From Escherichia coli O127:H6 str. E2348/69 (GTDB taxonomy: Bacteria; Pseudomonadota; Gammaproteobacteria; Enterobacterales; Enterobacteriaceae), in the NCBI RefSeq assembly GCF_000026545.1, contig NC_011601.1: 64,000 nt of DNA. One strand, 5' to 3'. The notes under the pieces are model-generated. The model worked only from the letters and a program-made list of their open reading frames with translations, had not been told where the DNA came from and did no database searches. The translations under genes were made by a program, and so were the position numbers. This document shows positions 25,949 through 36,032 of the stretch, in pieces. Position 1 is the first letter of the stretch; the number at the start of each line of letters is the position of its first letter.

Positions 25949-25990
25949 GGATGGTTCAAAATTGCTTCAATTTTGAACCATCCCAGTTTT
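25949..25990 (+). terminator. rho-independent terminator of yqeG
   Basis: 15-bp perfect stem GGATGGTTCAAAATT / AATTTTGAACCATCC with 5-nt loop, followed by T-run, 11 bp after yqeG stop. Confidence 0.75.
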
Positions 25991-26253
25991 CATAATGTTC
26001 ATTTGTTATTATTCCGCCCTATCACTTCTCTCGTAATATTATATAATTATAAGCTAGTTAAACACACAAAGAGTTCTGAACATCTTAAATAAGACTATTT
26101 AAGATACATGACGATTGCATTGCGTAAACGCTTTTTATTTACAAAAAATGGGGAAGTATTACGGCGATTGCGAAAAGTCTGAAGCGCTTGAATTAAGATA
26201 ATATAGAAAATCAGATACAACAAAAATGGCAGGTAGATGATGTGAAGATAAAT

Positions 26254-26327
26254 TGGAGCGGGCGAAGGGAATCGAACCCTCGTATAGAGCTTGGGAAGCT
26301 CTCGTTCTACCATTGAACTACGCCCGC
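26254..26327 (-). tRNA. glyU: tRNA-Gly (anticodon CCC)
   Basis: Minus-strand 74-nt sequence GCGGGCGTAGTTCAATGGTAGAACGAGAGCTTCCCAAGCTCTATACGAGGGTTCGATTCCCTTCGCCCGCTCCA with anticodon loop CUUCCCAAG and encoded CCA. Confidence 0.95.
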
Positions 26328-26405
26328 TTCGAGATGCGTAAGGCATTATAAACCTTACGCTCTCCTTAGCAAGTACCACGCTGCTGACTGCTGATTAATT
26401 CGCCA

Positions 26406-27161
26406 TCAGCATTTTGGCTTGCTGCCCTGAGGCGGCAAGTAACGTAGCGGATCAATTGCCGTTGCACGGTAACGAATCTGGAAATGCAGGCGAACAGATG
26501 CCGCATCAGTGCTCCCCATAGTGGCGATTTTTTGCCCAGCTTTCACGCTTTGCCCATTATTTACCAGCATCGTGTCATTATGAGCGTAAGCCGTAATGTA
26601 ATCTTCACTGTGTTTAATCATGATGAGATTACCGTAGCCACGCAGCTGGTTGCCCACATACACCACCTTTCCTGCACCCGCGGCGTAAATAGGTGTACCT
26701 CGTGGAGCTGAGATATCAATCCCTTTATTGCCGCCATCTGCTGTCGAATACGGCATGATAACTTTCCCTGTCGTTGGCCATAACCAACAACGTTGCCCTA
26801 CTGGCGGCCAGGAAGATTTCGGTACCGCTGATGACGGTGTAACCGATGCGGTTTTGGTCGTTGATTTGGCGGTTGATTTACGTGTACTACTGCTACTTTT
26901 CGCCCCACCCAGTTTTAGTTTCTGACCTACTTCAATGGTGTAAGGGGGGGAAATGCCGTTCAGTCGCGCCAGTTCTTTTACGCTGGTTCCCGTGGTGCGC
27001 GAAATACGATATAGCGTATCCCCCCGTTTCACGGTGTAAACGGAGCCGGAATACGTTCCTGTATCGGATGATTTGCTACCCGAACAGCCCGCCAAAAGCA
27101 GCCCAACCGATAACAACATCACGATACCCAGAGATTTTTTATTCAGGCGTCCCGCACTCAA
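26406..27161 (-). CDS. ygeR: LysM-domain, M23-peptidase-family lipoprotein (251 aa, TTG start)
   Basis: Track ORF 26406..27185 trimmed to the TTG that gives (M)SAGRLNKKSLGIVMLLSVGLLLAGCSG signal/lipobox; LysM motif YTVKRGDTLYRIS. Confidence 0.88.
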   Translation of the reverse strand: MSAGRLNKKSLGIVMLLSVGLLLAGCSGSKSSDTGTYSGSVYTVKRGDTLYRISRTTGTSVKELARLNGISPPYTIEVGQKLKLGGAKSSSSTRKSTAKSTTKTASVTPSSAVPKSSWPPVGQRCWLWPTTGKVIMPYSTADGGNKGIDISAPRGTPIYAAGAGKVVYVGNQLRGYGNLIMIKHSEDYITAYAHNDTMLVNNGQSVKAGQKIATMGSTDAASVRLHFQIRYRATAIDPLRYLPPQGSKPKC

Positions 27162-27503
27162 AATCTTTCCTCGCTTAAAAAACAAGACGCCATATCATAG
27201 CAGCCGGCTTCTGGATACCCAATCTCTTGCTTCTGGAAAAGCGATGTAATAGAGAAAGAGGTTAATTTCATTTGGCAAAGGGAAGTATCATCAGCAAAAT
27301 ATTTGCTGTAGTGGTATCGAAGTTCCTGACTTTTACCCTATTTCCCACCTTGATGCGTAATAATCCTAATTTATCACATTGATTTTATCGCCACTCATAT
27401 TGATACGTATCACTGTCCCTATTCAGAGTCCTGTTTCGTATCATATCTGTGTTTTTTTAACGTCATCACACTTCCTTCCTCCCCTCACGCATATAGTCGT
27501 TTC

Positions 27504-27519
27504 TGGCGTAATTCTTGCC
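27504..27519 (+). promoter_or_regulatory. candidate sigma-54 (-24/-12) promoter upstream of xdhA
   Basis: CTGGCGTAATTCTTGCC: GG and GC dinucleotides at the canonical 12-nt spacing (TGGC-N8-TTGC), about 95 bp upstream of xdhA ATG; sigma-54 activator gene ygeV is in the same cluster. Confidence 0.35.
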
Positions 27520-27613
27520 TGCTAAGACTAAATCTTTGCCATAAGAACCAAATGTTCAAACCGAGGGGATTTCTATGGAAGCGCGGGAAGCAACCGCTAC
27601 GGGTGAATCATGC

Positions 27614-29872
27614 ATGCGCGTCGATGCCATTGCTAAGGTCACCGGGCGGGCACGATATACTGACGATTATGTTATGGCGGGCATGTGTTACGCGAAATAT
27701 GTACGTAGCCCTATCGCACATGGTTATGCTGTAAGTATTAATGATGAACAAGCCAGGAGTTTGCCGGGCGTCCTGGCGATTTTTACCTGGGAAGATGTGC
27801 CAGAAATCCCATTCGCCACGGCAGGGCATGCCTGGACACTTGACGAAAACAAGCGCGATACCGCCGATCGCGCACTGCTAACTCGCCATGTTCGTCATCA
27901 TGGCGACGCCGTTGCCATCGTCGTGGCCCGCGATGAACTCACGGCAGAAAAAGCGGCGCAATTGGTCAGCATTGAGTGGCAAGAATTACCCGTTATCACC
28001 TCGCCAGAAGCGGCGCTGGCAGAAGACGCTGCACCAATCCATAACGGTGGCAATTTACTGAAACAAAGCACGATGTCGACGGGTAATGTCCAACAAACAA
28101 TCGATGCCGCCGACTACCAGGTACAGGGGCACTATCAGACTCCCGTTATTCAACATTGTCATATGGAAAGCGTGACATCGCTGGCATGGATGGAGGATGA
28201 CTCGCGAATTACCATCGTTTCCAGCACCCAGATCCCGCACATTGTTCGCCGCGTGGTTGGTCAGGCGCTGGATATTCCCTGGTCATGCGTACGAGTCATC
28301 AAACCGTTTATCGGTGGCGGTTTTGGTAATAAACAGGATGTACTGGAAGAGCCAATGGCGGCATTCCTGACCAGCAAACTTGGCGGCATTCCGGTGAAAG
28401 TTTCCCTTAGCCGTGAAGAGTGTTTCCTCGCAACCCGTACCCGCCACGCTTTTACTATTGACGGGCAAATGGGCGTGAACCGCGACGGAACATTGAAAGG
28501 TTATAGTCTGGATGTTCTGTCTAACACCGGCGCTTATGCATCTCACGGGCACTCCATTGCTTCTGCTGGGGGGAATAAAGTCGCTTACCTTTATCCTCGT
28601 TGTGCCTACGCTTACAGTTCAAAGACCTGCTATACCAACCTCCCCTCGGCTGGTGCGATGCGTGGTTATGGCGCGCCACAAGTCGTATTTGCCGTTGAGT
28701 CTATGCTTGATGATGCCGCGACAGCGTTAGGTATTGATCCTGTTGAAATTCGTTTACGCAACGCCGCCCGCGAAGGAGATGCTAATCCGCTCACGGGAAA
28801 ACGTATTTACAGCGCAGGGTTGCCGGAGTGTCTTGAAAAAGGCCGGAAAATCTTTGAATGGGAAAAACGCCGTGCAGAGTGCCAGAACCAGCAAGGCAAT
28901 TTACGTCGTGGCGTTGGCGTCGCCTGTTTTAGCTACACCTCTAACACCTGGCCTGTCGGCGTAGAAATAGCAGGCGCGCGCCTGTTGATGAATCAGGATG
29001 GAACCATCAACGTGCAAAGCGGCGCGACGGAAATCGGCCAGGGTGCCGACACCGTGTTCTCGCAAATGGTGGCAGAAACCGTGGGAGTTCCGGTCAGCGA
29101 TGTCCGCGTAATTTCGACACAAGACACCGACGTTACACCATTCGACCCCGGCGCATTTGCCTCACGTCAGAGCTATGTTGCCGCGCCTGCGCTGCGCAGT
29201 GCGGCACTGTTATTAAAAGAGAAAATCATCGCTCACGCCGCAGTCATGCTACATCAGTCAGCGATGAATCTGACCCTGATAAAAGGCCATATCGTGCTGG
29301 TTGAACGACCGGAAGAGCCGTTAATGTCGTTAAAAGATTTGGCGATGGACGCTTTCTACCACCCTGAACGCGGCGGGCAGCTCTCTGCCGAAAGCTCCAT
29401 CAAAACCACCACTAACCCACCGGCGTTTGGCTGTACCTTTGTTGATCTGACGGTCGATATTGCACTGTGTAAAGTAACCATCAACCGCATCCTCAACGTT
29501 CATGATTCGGGCCATATTCTTAATCCGCTGCTGGCAGAAGGTCAGGTACACGGCGGAATGGGGATGGGCATTGGCTGGGCGCTATTTGAAGAGATGATCA
29601 TCGATGCGAAAAGCGGCGTGGTCCGTAACCCCAATCTGCTGGATTACAAAATGCCGACCATGCCGGATCTACCACAACTGGAAAGCGCGTTCGTCGAAAT
29701 CAATGAGCCGCAATCCGCATACGGACATAAGTCACTGGGTGAGCCACCCATAATTCCTGTAGCCGCTGCTATTCGTAACGCGGTGAAGATGGCTACCGGT
29801 GTTGCAATCAATACACTGCCGCTAACGCCAAAACGATTATATGAAGAATTCCATCTGGCAGGATTGATTTGA
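27614..29872 (+). CDS. xdhA: xanthine dehydrogenase, molybdopterin-binding subunit (752 aa)
   Basis: Track ORF 27575..29872 trimmed to Met giving MRVDAIAKVTGRARYTDDY; aldehyde oxidase/xanthine dehydrogenase Mo-binding domain. Confidence 0.93.
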   Translation: MRVDAIAKVTGRARYTDDYVMAGMCYAKYVRSPIAHGYAVSINDEQARSLPGVLAIFTWEDVPEIPFATAGHAWTLDENKRDTADRALLTRHVRHHGDAVAIVVARDELTAEKAAQLVSIEWQELPVITSPEAALAEDAAPIHNGGNLLKQSTMSTGNVQQTIDAADYQVQGHYQTPVIQHCHMESVTSLAWMEDDSRITIVSSTQIPHIVRRVVGQALDIPWSCVRVIKPFIGGGFGNKQDVLEEPMAAFLTSKLGGIPVKVSLSREECFLATRTRHAFTIDGQMGVNRDGTLKGYSLDVLSNTGAYASHGHSIASAGGNKVAYLYPRCAYAYSSKTCYTNLPSAGAMRGYGAPQVVFAVESMLDDAATALGIDPVEIRLRNAAREGDANPLTGKRIYSAGLPECLEKGRKIFEWEKRRAECQNQQGNLRRGVGVACFSYTSNTWPVGVEIAGARLLMNQDGTINVQSGATEIGQGADTVFSQMVAETVGVPVSDVRVISTQDTDVTPFDPGAFASRQSYVAAPALRSAALLLKEKIIAHAAVMLHQSAMNLTLIKGHIVLVERPEEPLMSLKDLAMDAFYHPERGGQLSAESSIKTTTNPPAFGCTFVDLTVDIALCKVTINRILNVHDSGHILNPLLAEGQVHGGMGMGIGWALFEEMIIDAKSGVVRNPNLLDYKMPTMPDLPQLESAFVEINEPQSAYGHKSLGEPPIIPVAAAIRNAVKMATGVAINTLPLTPKRLYEEFHLAGLI

Positions 29873-29882
29873 GGATAACATC

Positions 29883-30761
29883 ATGTTTGATTTTGCTTCT
29901 TACCATCGCGCAACCACCCTTGCCGATGCCATCACCCTGCTGGCTGACAATCCGCAGGCCAAATTGCTTGCCGGTGGCACTGACGTACTGATACAGCTTC
30001 ACCATCACAATGACCGCTATCGCCATATTGTTGATATCCACAATCTGGCAGAGCTGCGGGGAATAACACAGGCGGAAGATGGCGCGCTGCGAATCGGCTC
30101 CGCGACAACATTTACTCAGCTCATTGAAGATCCCGTAATCCAACGCAATCTCCCGGCGTTATGTGCTGCGGCTGCATCAATCGCCGGGCCGCAGATCCGT
30201 AATGTCGCCACCTACGGCGGAAATATTTGCAACGGTGCCACCAGCGCAGATTCTGCCACGCCAACGCTAATTTATGACGCGAAACTGGAGCTCCACTCCC
30301 CATGCGGTGTTCGTTTCGTCCCGATTAATGGCTTTCACACCGGGCCGGGCAAAGTGTCTCTTGAGCATGACGAAATCCTTGTCGCCTTTCATTTTCCGCC
30401 ACAGCCGAAAGAACACGCGGGCAGCGCGCATTTTAAATATGCCATGCGCGACGCAATGGATATTTCAACAATTGGCTGCGCCGCACATTGCCGACTGGAT
30501 AACGGCAATTTCAGCGAATTACGCCTGGCATTTGGTGTTGCCGCGCCAACGCCGATTCGCTGCCAACATGCCGAACAGACTGCACAAAATGCGCCATTAA
30601 ACCTGCAAACGCTGGAAGCCATCAGCGAATCAGTCCTGCAAGATGTCGCCCCGCGTTCTTCATGGCGGGCCAGTAAAGAGTTTCGTCTGCATCTCATCCA
30701 GACGATGACCAAAAAAGTGATTAGCGAAGCCGTCGCCGCGGCGGGGGGAAAATTGCAATGA
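29883..30761 (+). CDS. xdhB: xanthine dehydrogenase, FAD-binding subunit (292 aa)
   Basis: Track ORF 292 aa, CO dehydrogenase flavoprotein-like; overlaps xdhC start. Confidence 0.93.
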   Translation: MFDFASYHRATTLADAITLLADNPQAKLLAGGTDVLIQLHHHNDRYRHIVDIHNLAELRGITQAEDGALRIGSATTFTQLIEDPVIQRNLPALCAAAASIAGPQIRNVATYGGNICNGATSADSATPTLIYDAKLELHSPCGVRFVPINGFHTGPGKVSLEHDEILVAFHFPPQPKEHAGSAHFKYAMRDAMDISTIGCAAHCRLDNGNFSELRLAFGVAAPTPIRCQHAEQTAQNAPLNLQTLEAISESVLQDVAPRSSWRASKEFRLHLIQTMTKKVISEAVAAAGGKLQ

Positions 30762-31237
30762 ATCACAGCGAAACAATTACCATCGAATGCGTCATTAACG
30801 GAATGCCTTTTCAGCTTCACGCCGCGCCAGGAATGCCGCTTTCGGAACTACTCCGAGAACAAGGGCTTCTTAGTGTCAAACAAGGTTGCTGCGTAGGCGA
30901 ATGCGGTGCCTGTACGGTGCTGGTCGACGGCACTGCGATAGACAGTTGCTTATTCCTTGCGGCCTGGGCTGAAGGAAAAGAGATCCGCACGCTGGAAGGT
31001 GAAGCGAAAGGCGGTAAACTTTCTCATGTCCAACTGGCTTATGCGAAATCCGGCGCAGTGCAATGCGGGTTTTGTACGCCGGGCCTGATTATGGCTACCA
31101 CGGCGATGCTGGCAAAACCACGCGAAAAACCATTAACCATTACGGAAATTCGTCGTGGACTGGCGGGAAATCTTTGTCGCTGCACGGGGTATCAGATGAT
31201 TGTAAATACAGTTCTGGATTGCGAGAAAACGAAGTAA
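30758..31237 (+). CDS. xdhC: xanthine dehydrogenase, [2Fe-2S] subunit (159 aa)
   Basis: Track ORF 159 aa with cysteine motifs [11 protein letters not shown] and CGFCTPG ... CRCTGY. Confidence 0.93.
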   Translation: MNHSETITIECVINGMPFQLHAAPGMPLSELLREQGLLSVKQGCCVGECGACTVLVDGTAIDSCLFLAAWAEGKEIRTLEGEAKGGKLSHVQLAYAKSGAVQCGFCTPGLIMATTAMLAKPREKPLTITEIRRGLAGNLCRCTGYQMIVNTVLDCEKTK

Positions 31238-31243
31238 AAGGAT

Positions 31244-31267
31244 ATCCGGCCTGAATTCAGGCCGGAT
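31244..31267. terminator. palindromic hairpin between convergent xdhC and ygeV
   Basis: Perfect 24-bp palindrome ATCCGGCCTGAATTCAGGCCGGAT between the two stop codons. Confidence 0.55.
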
Positions 31268-31276
31268 TCTCAGAGG

Positions 31277-33055
31277 TTATGTGTTTAACAACTCATATTT
31301 CTTAATCTTGCGATAGAGCGTAGCAATGCCGATGCCCAGTTCATCAGCAACTTCCTTCTTGCTGTTATGACGTGAAAGCGCCTCGCGGATCATTTGCTTT
31401 TCCATCTCCTCCAGCGCCGTGCCGCCCGCATCATCGAGTGACAGGTGCGCCTCACTGACCTCTGTTACATCACTTTGCTCCGTTGTGCCATTATTCAGCA
31501 GATTTGGCGGCAATAGCGTGCTGTCGATAACTTCACCTGAAGGAACAACGTTAACCAGATATTCCATCAAATTGCTTAACTCGCGCAGGTTTCCGGGCCA
31601 ACGATGCTTACGCAATATTTCGACGACATCAGGAGCAATGCCAGGATAAACCGATCCCAGACGACGGGTATGCAGATGTAAAAAGTAATGCACCAGTAAT
31701 TCAATATCTTCCTGACGTTCACGCAGCGGTGGAAGAGTTATCGGGATAACATTAAGTCGGTAGAAGAGATCTTCGCGGAATTTACCTTCGGCAATGAACT
31801 GGGCCAAATTCTGATTAGTTGCAGAAATGATGCGGATGTCGACTTGTATTGGGCTACTGGCACCAATCGGCAGAATTTCACGCGCCTCAATAGCGCGCAG
31901 TAATTTAGCCTGCAACATTAATGGCATATCACCAATTTCATCGAGAAACAGCGTGCCCGTATTCGCCGCCTGAATCAACCCTGTTTTACCGTTGGCAGAA
32001 GCGCCAGTAAATGCGCCTTTAACATAACCGAACAGTTCGCTCTCCAGAAGCTGTTCCGGAATCGCGGCACAGTTGATAGCAATAAAAGGTTTATTCCGTC
32101 TTCCGCTCAACTTATGGATTGCACGGGCGACGACTTCTTTACCCGTGCCGCTTTCACCAACCACCATAACGCTGGATGGGCTGGGTGCAATACGGCTAAT
32201 GAGTCGTTTTAATTGCCGCATAACACGGCACTCGCCAACCAATTGTTCAATATGCGGTTCATCAGATGCATTTGCTACAGAAAAACTGGTATGCGATTGG
32301 TGAAACGCCATTAAAAATAGTTGTCGGCCCTGGATGTTATGCAACTGACCAATGATTAATTCACTTTTATCATCCCACGAAACAATATGTTGCATATGAC
32401 CATGGGTAAAATTACTCTCAAATGTTAATGGTCTGAAACGAACAGGTTTTCCAATAATATTATTTTGTACAACACCGAGTGTTTTTAAAGCTGTCTGATT
32501 AACAAACTGAACCCGATTATCAGCATCAACCACTAACACGCCCTGATCCATATTATCGATCATGGTCGCGAATATTTTACTGATGTTATCTCCTGGTCCC
32601 TGATCCTCCAGAAGTTTAGAAACAAAAATGGTGGATATATGGCGAACGTAATCGGAAAATTCGCGTAAATTATCACTGATATGTTCTTGTTGCTCGTGGG
32701 TAACGGCAATCAAACTTATCACCCCAACACAACGTTCCTGTAAAATGACAGGCGTACCCAGAAATGCTTTTTCGCGGCAATTTTCTTTACTATCGCAACC
32801 TTCACAAAGGGGATCGAAGCGAGACTGTGTCACAACTTTTTCAGTTTTCGTTTCCAGGACGTGGCGGAGCAGGCGTGAGTTGCCGCTCAACTGGCGGCCA
32901 AGAAACTTCCCATACGCGCCCGTTCCGGCGACGCGACACAAGTTTTCATCAACGATCTCAACCTCAAGCTGCAAAACGCTGGCAAGCATTCTGGCAAAAC
33001 GCTGAATTGTCGGTTGAATTTGCATCAATACTGACTGCGTAGTCGCAAGCTCCAT
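31277..33055 (-). CDS. ygeV: sigma-54-dependent transcriptional activator (592 aa)
   Basis: Track ORF 592 aa; AAA+ sigma-54 interaction domain (GESGTGKE, GAFTGA) and C-terminal HTH. Confidence 0.93.
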   Translation of the reverse strand: MELATTQSVLMQIQPTIQRFARMLASVLQLEVEIVDENLCRVAGTGAYGKFLGRQLSGNSRLLRHVLETKTEKVVTQSRFDPLCEGCDSKENCREKAFLGTPVILQERCVGVISLIAVTHEQQEHISDNLREFSDYVRHISTIFVSKLLEDQGPGDNISKIFATMIDNMDQGVLVVDADNRVQFVNQTALKTLGVVQNNIIGKPVRFRPLTFESNFTHGHMQHIVSWDDKSELIIGQLHNIQGRQLFLMAFHQSHTSFSVANASDEPHIEQLVGECRVMRQLKRLISRIAPSPSSVMVVGESGTGKEVVARAIHKLSGRRNKPFIAINCAAIPEQLLESELFGYVKGAFTGASANGKTGLIQAANTGTLFLDEIGDMPLMLQAKLLRAIEAREILPIGASSPIQVDIRIISATNQNLAQFIAEGKFREDLFYRLNVIPITLPPLRERQEDIELLVHYFLHLHTRRLGSVYPGIAPDVVEILRKHRWPGNLRELSNLMEYLVNVVPSGEVIDSTLLPPNLLNNGTTEQSDVTEVSEAHLSLDDAGGTALEEMEKQMIREALSRHNSKKEVADELGIGIATLYRKIKKYELLNT

Positions 33056-33530
33056 AGCTTTACCTTCCAGACTTACTTAAAAGTCGATCATTGAAGACGT
33101 TGATGGTTCACAGATCATGATGATATTAACTCAGGCGAAATTGGCTTTGATAAAAACATAAGATTTTTATCACTTTCTAATAAAATTATGGAAGAGATAT
33201 CACATTTCTATATCAATATGAGAATTACAGCGGCAAGTTTATCAAACTGAAGAGAGATAGCCTGCCTCTTTATCTTATTTCTGATACTTAGCAGCAAATA
33301 AATAACGTGATAAAAAAAGCCAAACGTTTTCGTATTTTAAAAACAACCGGAAACTGGCATCAATATGTGATCAACCCCACACATTATCCGTCAAATTAGC
33401 CTTTCGCAGCCGCGTGGATAATTCTGGCACACTTATTGTTAGTCCCAGGTATAGCTGTGAAAACACCAATCACTTTGGCACGTCACAGTGAAATAAACCA
33501 CTTTGCCTGTCATTCCACTATCGAGACTTT

Positions 33531-34721
33531 ATGATGAAAACTGTTAATGAGCTGATTAAGGATATCAATTCGCTGACCTCTCACCTGCATGAAAAAGATT
33601 TTTTGTTAACGTGGGAACAGACGCCAGACGAACTGAAACAAGTACTGGACGTTGCCGCCGCGTTAAAAGCACTGCGTGCTGAAAACATCTCAACCAAAGT
33701 CTTTAATAGTGGATTAGGTATTTCCGTATTCCGCGACAATTCCACCCGTACCCGCTTCTCTTATGCTTCCGCGCTTAACCTGCTCGGCCTTGCACAACAA
33801 GATCTTGACGAAGGTAAATCACAAATCGCTCACGGCGAAACCGTGCGTGAAACCGCCAATATGATCTCCTTCTGCGCTGACGCTATCGGTATTCGCGACG
33901 ATATGTATCTGGGCGCAGGCAACGCCTATATGCGTGAAGTTGGCGCGGCACTTGATGACGGCTACAAACAAGGGGTTCTGCCACAGCGTCCGGCTTTAGT
34001 GAACCTGCAATGCGATATTGACCACCCGACTCAATCAATGGCTGATCTGGCATGGTTACGTGAACACTTTGGTTCACTGGAAAACCTGAAAGGTAAAAAA
34101 ATCGCCATGACCTGGGCCTACTCCCCAAGCTATGGCAAACCGCTCTCTGTACCACAAGGCATCATCGGTCTGATGACCCGCTTCGGTATGGATGTCACCC
34201 TGGCCCATCCGGAAGGCTACGACCTGATCCCGGATGTCGTTGAAGTTGCTAAAAACAATGCTAAAGCCTCCGGTGGTAGCTTCCGTCAGGTCACCAGCAT
34301 GGAAGAAGCCTTCAAAGACGCAGACATCGTTTATCCGAAGTCATGGGCACCTTACAAAGTGATGGAAGAGCGTACTGAATTGCTGCGTGCGAACGATCAC
34401 GAAGGCTTAAAAGCACTGGAAAAACAGTGTCTGGCACAGAACGCGCAACACAAAGACTGGCATTGTACTGAAGAGATGATGGAACTGACCCGTGATGGCG
34501 AAGCCCTGTACATGCACTGCCTGCCAGCTGATATCAGCGGCGTATCCTGCAAAGAAGGTGAAGTGACTGAAGGCGTATTCGAAAAATACCGTATCGCTAC
34601 CTACAAAGAAGCCAGCTGGAAGCCTTATATCATCGCCGCGATGATCCTGTCCCGTAAATACGCCAAACCAGGTGCACTGCTCGAGCAACTGCTGAAAGAA
34701 GCGCAAGAACGCGTGAAATAA
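33531..34721 (+). CDS. ygeW: carbamoyltransferase-family protein (ATCase/OTCase fold) (396 aa)
   Basis: Track ORF 396 aa with carbamoyl-phosphate-binding STRTR and HCLP motifs. Confidence 0.9.
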   Translation: MMKTVNELIKDINSLTSHLHEKDFLLTWEQTPDELKQVLDVAAALKALRAENISTKVFNSGLGISVFRDNSTRTRFSYASALNLLGLAQQDLDEGKSQIAHGETVRETANMISFCADAIGIRDDMYLGAGNAYMREVGAALDDGYKQGVLPQRPALVNLQCDIDHPTQSMADLAWLREHFGSLENLKGKKIAMTWAYSPSYGKPLSVPQGIIGLMTRFGMDVTLAHPEGYDLIPDVVEVAKNNAKASGGSFRQVTSMEEAFKDADIVYPKSWAPYKVMEERTELLRANDHEGLKALEKQCLAQNAQHKDWHCTEEMMELTRDGEALYMHCLPADISGVSCKEGEVTEGVFEKYRIATYKEASWKPYIIAAMILSRKYAKPGALLEQLLKEAQERVK

Positions 34722-34778
34722 CCCCTCGGGCCGATCAGCTGGTCGGCCCTCTATTTCCAGAGGCCAAAAGGATAGGAT

Positions 34779-35975
34779 ATGTCCGTTTTCTCATTGAAGA
34801 TTGATATCGCCGATAACAAATTTTTCAACGGCGAAACATCACCGCTTTTTTCGCAAAGCCAGGCAAAACTGGCACGCCAGTTCCACCAGAAAATTGCTGG
34901 TTATCACCCAACACCGCTTTGTGCGCTGGACGATCTCGCAAACCTGTTTGGTGTAAAGAAAATTCTCGTCAAAGACGAATCAAAACGATTCGGTCTGAAC
35001 GCCTTCAAAATGCTCGGCGGTGCGTACGCCATCGCTCAATTATTGTGTGAAAAATATCATCTTGATATCGAAACGCTGTCATTTGAGCACCTGAAAAATG
35101 CCATCGGCGAAAAAATGACTTTCGCGACTACCACCGACGGCAACCACGGGCGCGGTGTGGCATGGGCAGCACAGCAACTCGGACAGAATGCGGTGATTTA
35201 CATGCCGAAAGGTTCTGCTCAGGAACGCGTTGACGCCATTCTAAACCTCGGTGCCGAGTGCATCGTCACGGATATGAACTATGACGATACCGTTCGCCTG
35301 ACCATGCAACACGCGCAGCAGCACGGCTGGGAAGTGGTACAGGACACGGCATGGGAAGGCTACACCAAAATCCCAACCTGGATCATGCAAGGCTACGCAA
35401 CACTGGCGGATGAAGCCGTCGAGCAAATGCGTGAAATGGGCGTAACCCCGACACACGTTCTGCTGCAAGCCGGTGTCGGTGCAATGGCCGGTGGTGTGCT
35501 GGGTTATCTGGTCGACGTCTATAGCCCGCAAAATCTGCACAGCATTATTGTTGAACCTGACAAAGCTGACTGTATTTATCGCTCCGGCGTCAAAGGCGAC
35601 ATCGTCAACGTTGGCGGTGATATGGCCACCATCATGGCGGGCCTGGCCTGTGGCGAACCTAACCCGCTGGGCTGGGAAATCCTACGTAACTGCGCCACCC
35701 AATTCATCTCTTGCCAGGACAGCGTTGCCGCATTAGGTATGCGCGTGCTGGGTAATCCGTACGGTAACGACCCGCGCATCATCTCCGGTGAATCCGGCGC
35801 TGTCGGTTTGGGCGTTCTCGCAGCGGTTCATTATCACCCGCAACGTCAAAGCCTGATGGAAAAACTGGCGCTGAACAAAGATGCCGTGGTGCTGGTTATC
35901 AGCACTGAAGGCGACACCGACGTGAAGCACTACCGCGAAGTTGTCTGGGAAGGCAAACACGCTGTAGCACCTTAA
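34779..35975 (+). CDS. ygeX: diaminopropionate ammonia-lyase, PLP-dependent (398 aa)
   Basis: Track ORF 398 aa, Trp-synthase-beta-fold PLP enzyme; position after ygeW. Confidence 0.9.
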   Translation: MSVFSLKIDIADNKFFNGETSPLFSQSQAKLARQFHQKIAGYHPTPLCALDDLANLFGVKKILVKDESKRFGLNAFKMLGGAYAIAQLLCEKYHLDIETLSFEHLKNAIGEKMTFATTTDGNHGRGVAWAAQQLGQNAVIYMPKGSAQERVDAILNLGAECIVTDMNYDDTVRLTMQHAQQHGWEVVQDTAWEGYTKIPTWIMQGYATLADEAVEQMREMGVTPTHVLLQAGVGAMAGGVLGYLVDVYSPQNLHSIIVEPDKADCIYRSGVKGDIVNVGGDMATIMAGLACGEPNPLGWEILRNCATQFISCQDSVAALGMRVLGNPYGNDPRIISGESGAVGLGVLAAVHYHPQRQSLMEKLALNKDAVVLVISTEGDTDVKHYREVVWEGKHAVAP

Positions 35976-36032
35976 TCACCCTATTGGAACTGCTCCCTGC
36001 AAAACGGGGAGTAAAAAATCTGGAGAAAAATA

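Noticed and set aside
26095-26379. 94-aa minus-strand ORF overlapping glyU
   Set aside because: Spans the tRNA-Gly gene and AT-rich spacer; translation of a tRNA sequence, not a real CDS
27575-27613. N-terminal extensions in the ORF track (for example xdhA 765 aa, araE 490 aa, guaD 479 aa, uacT 525 aa, xanQ 485 aa, hyuA 465 aa)
   Set aside because: The track takes the longest ORF including GTG/TTG starts; internal Met codons with RBS-like sequences and the expected protein lengths are preferred
33425-33440. TGGCAC-N5-TTGTT upstream of ygeW as a sigma-54 promoter
   Set aside because: The -12 element has GT instead of the near-invariant GC; a second TGGCACG at 33476 has no -12 match at correct spacing; too weak to call
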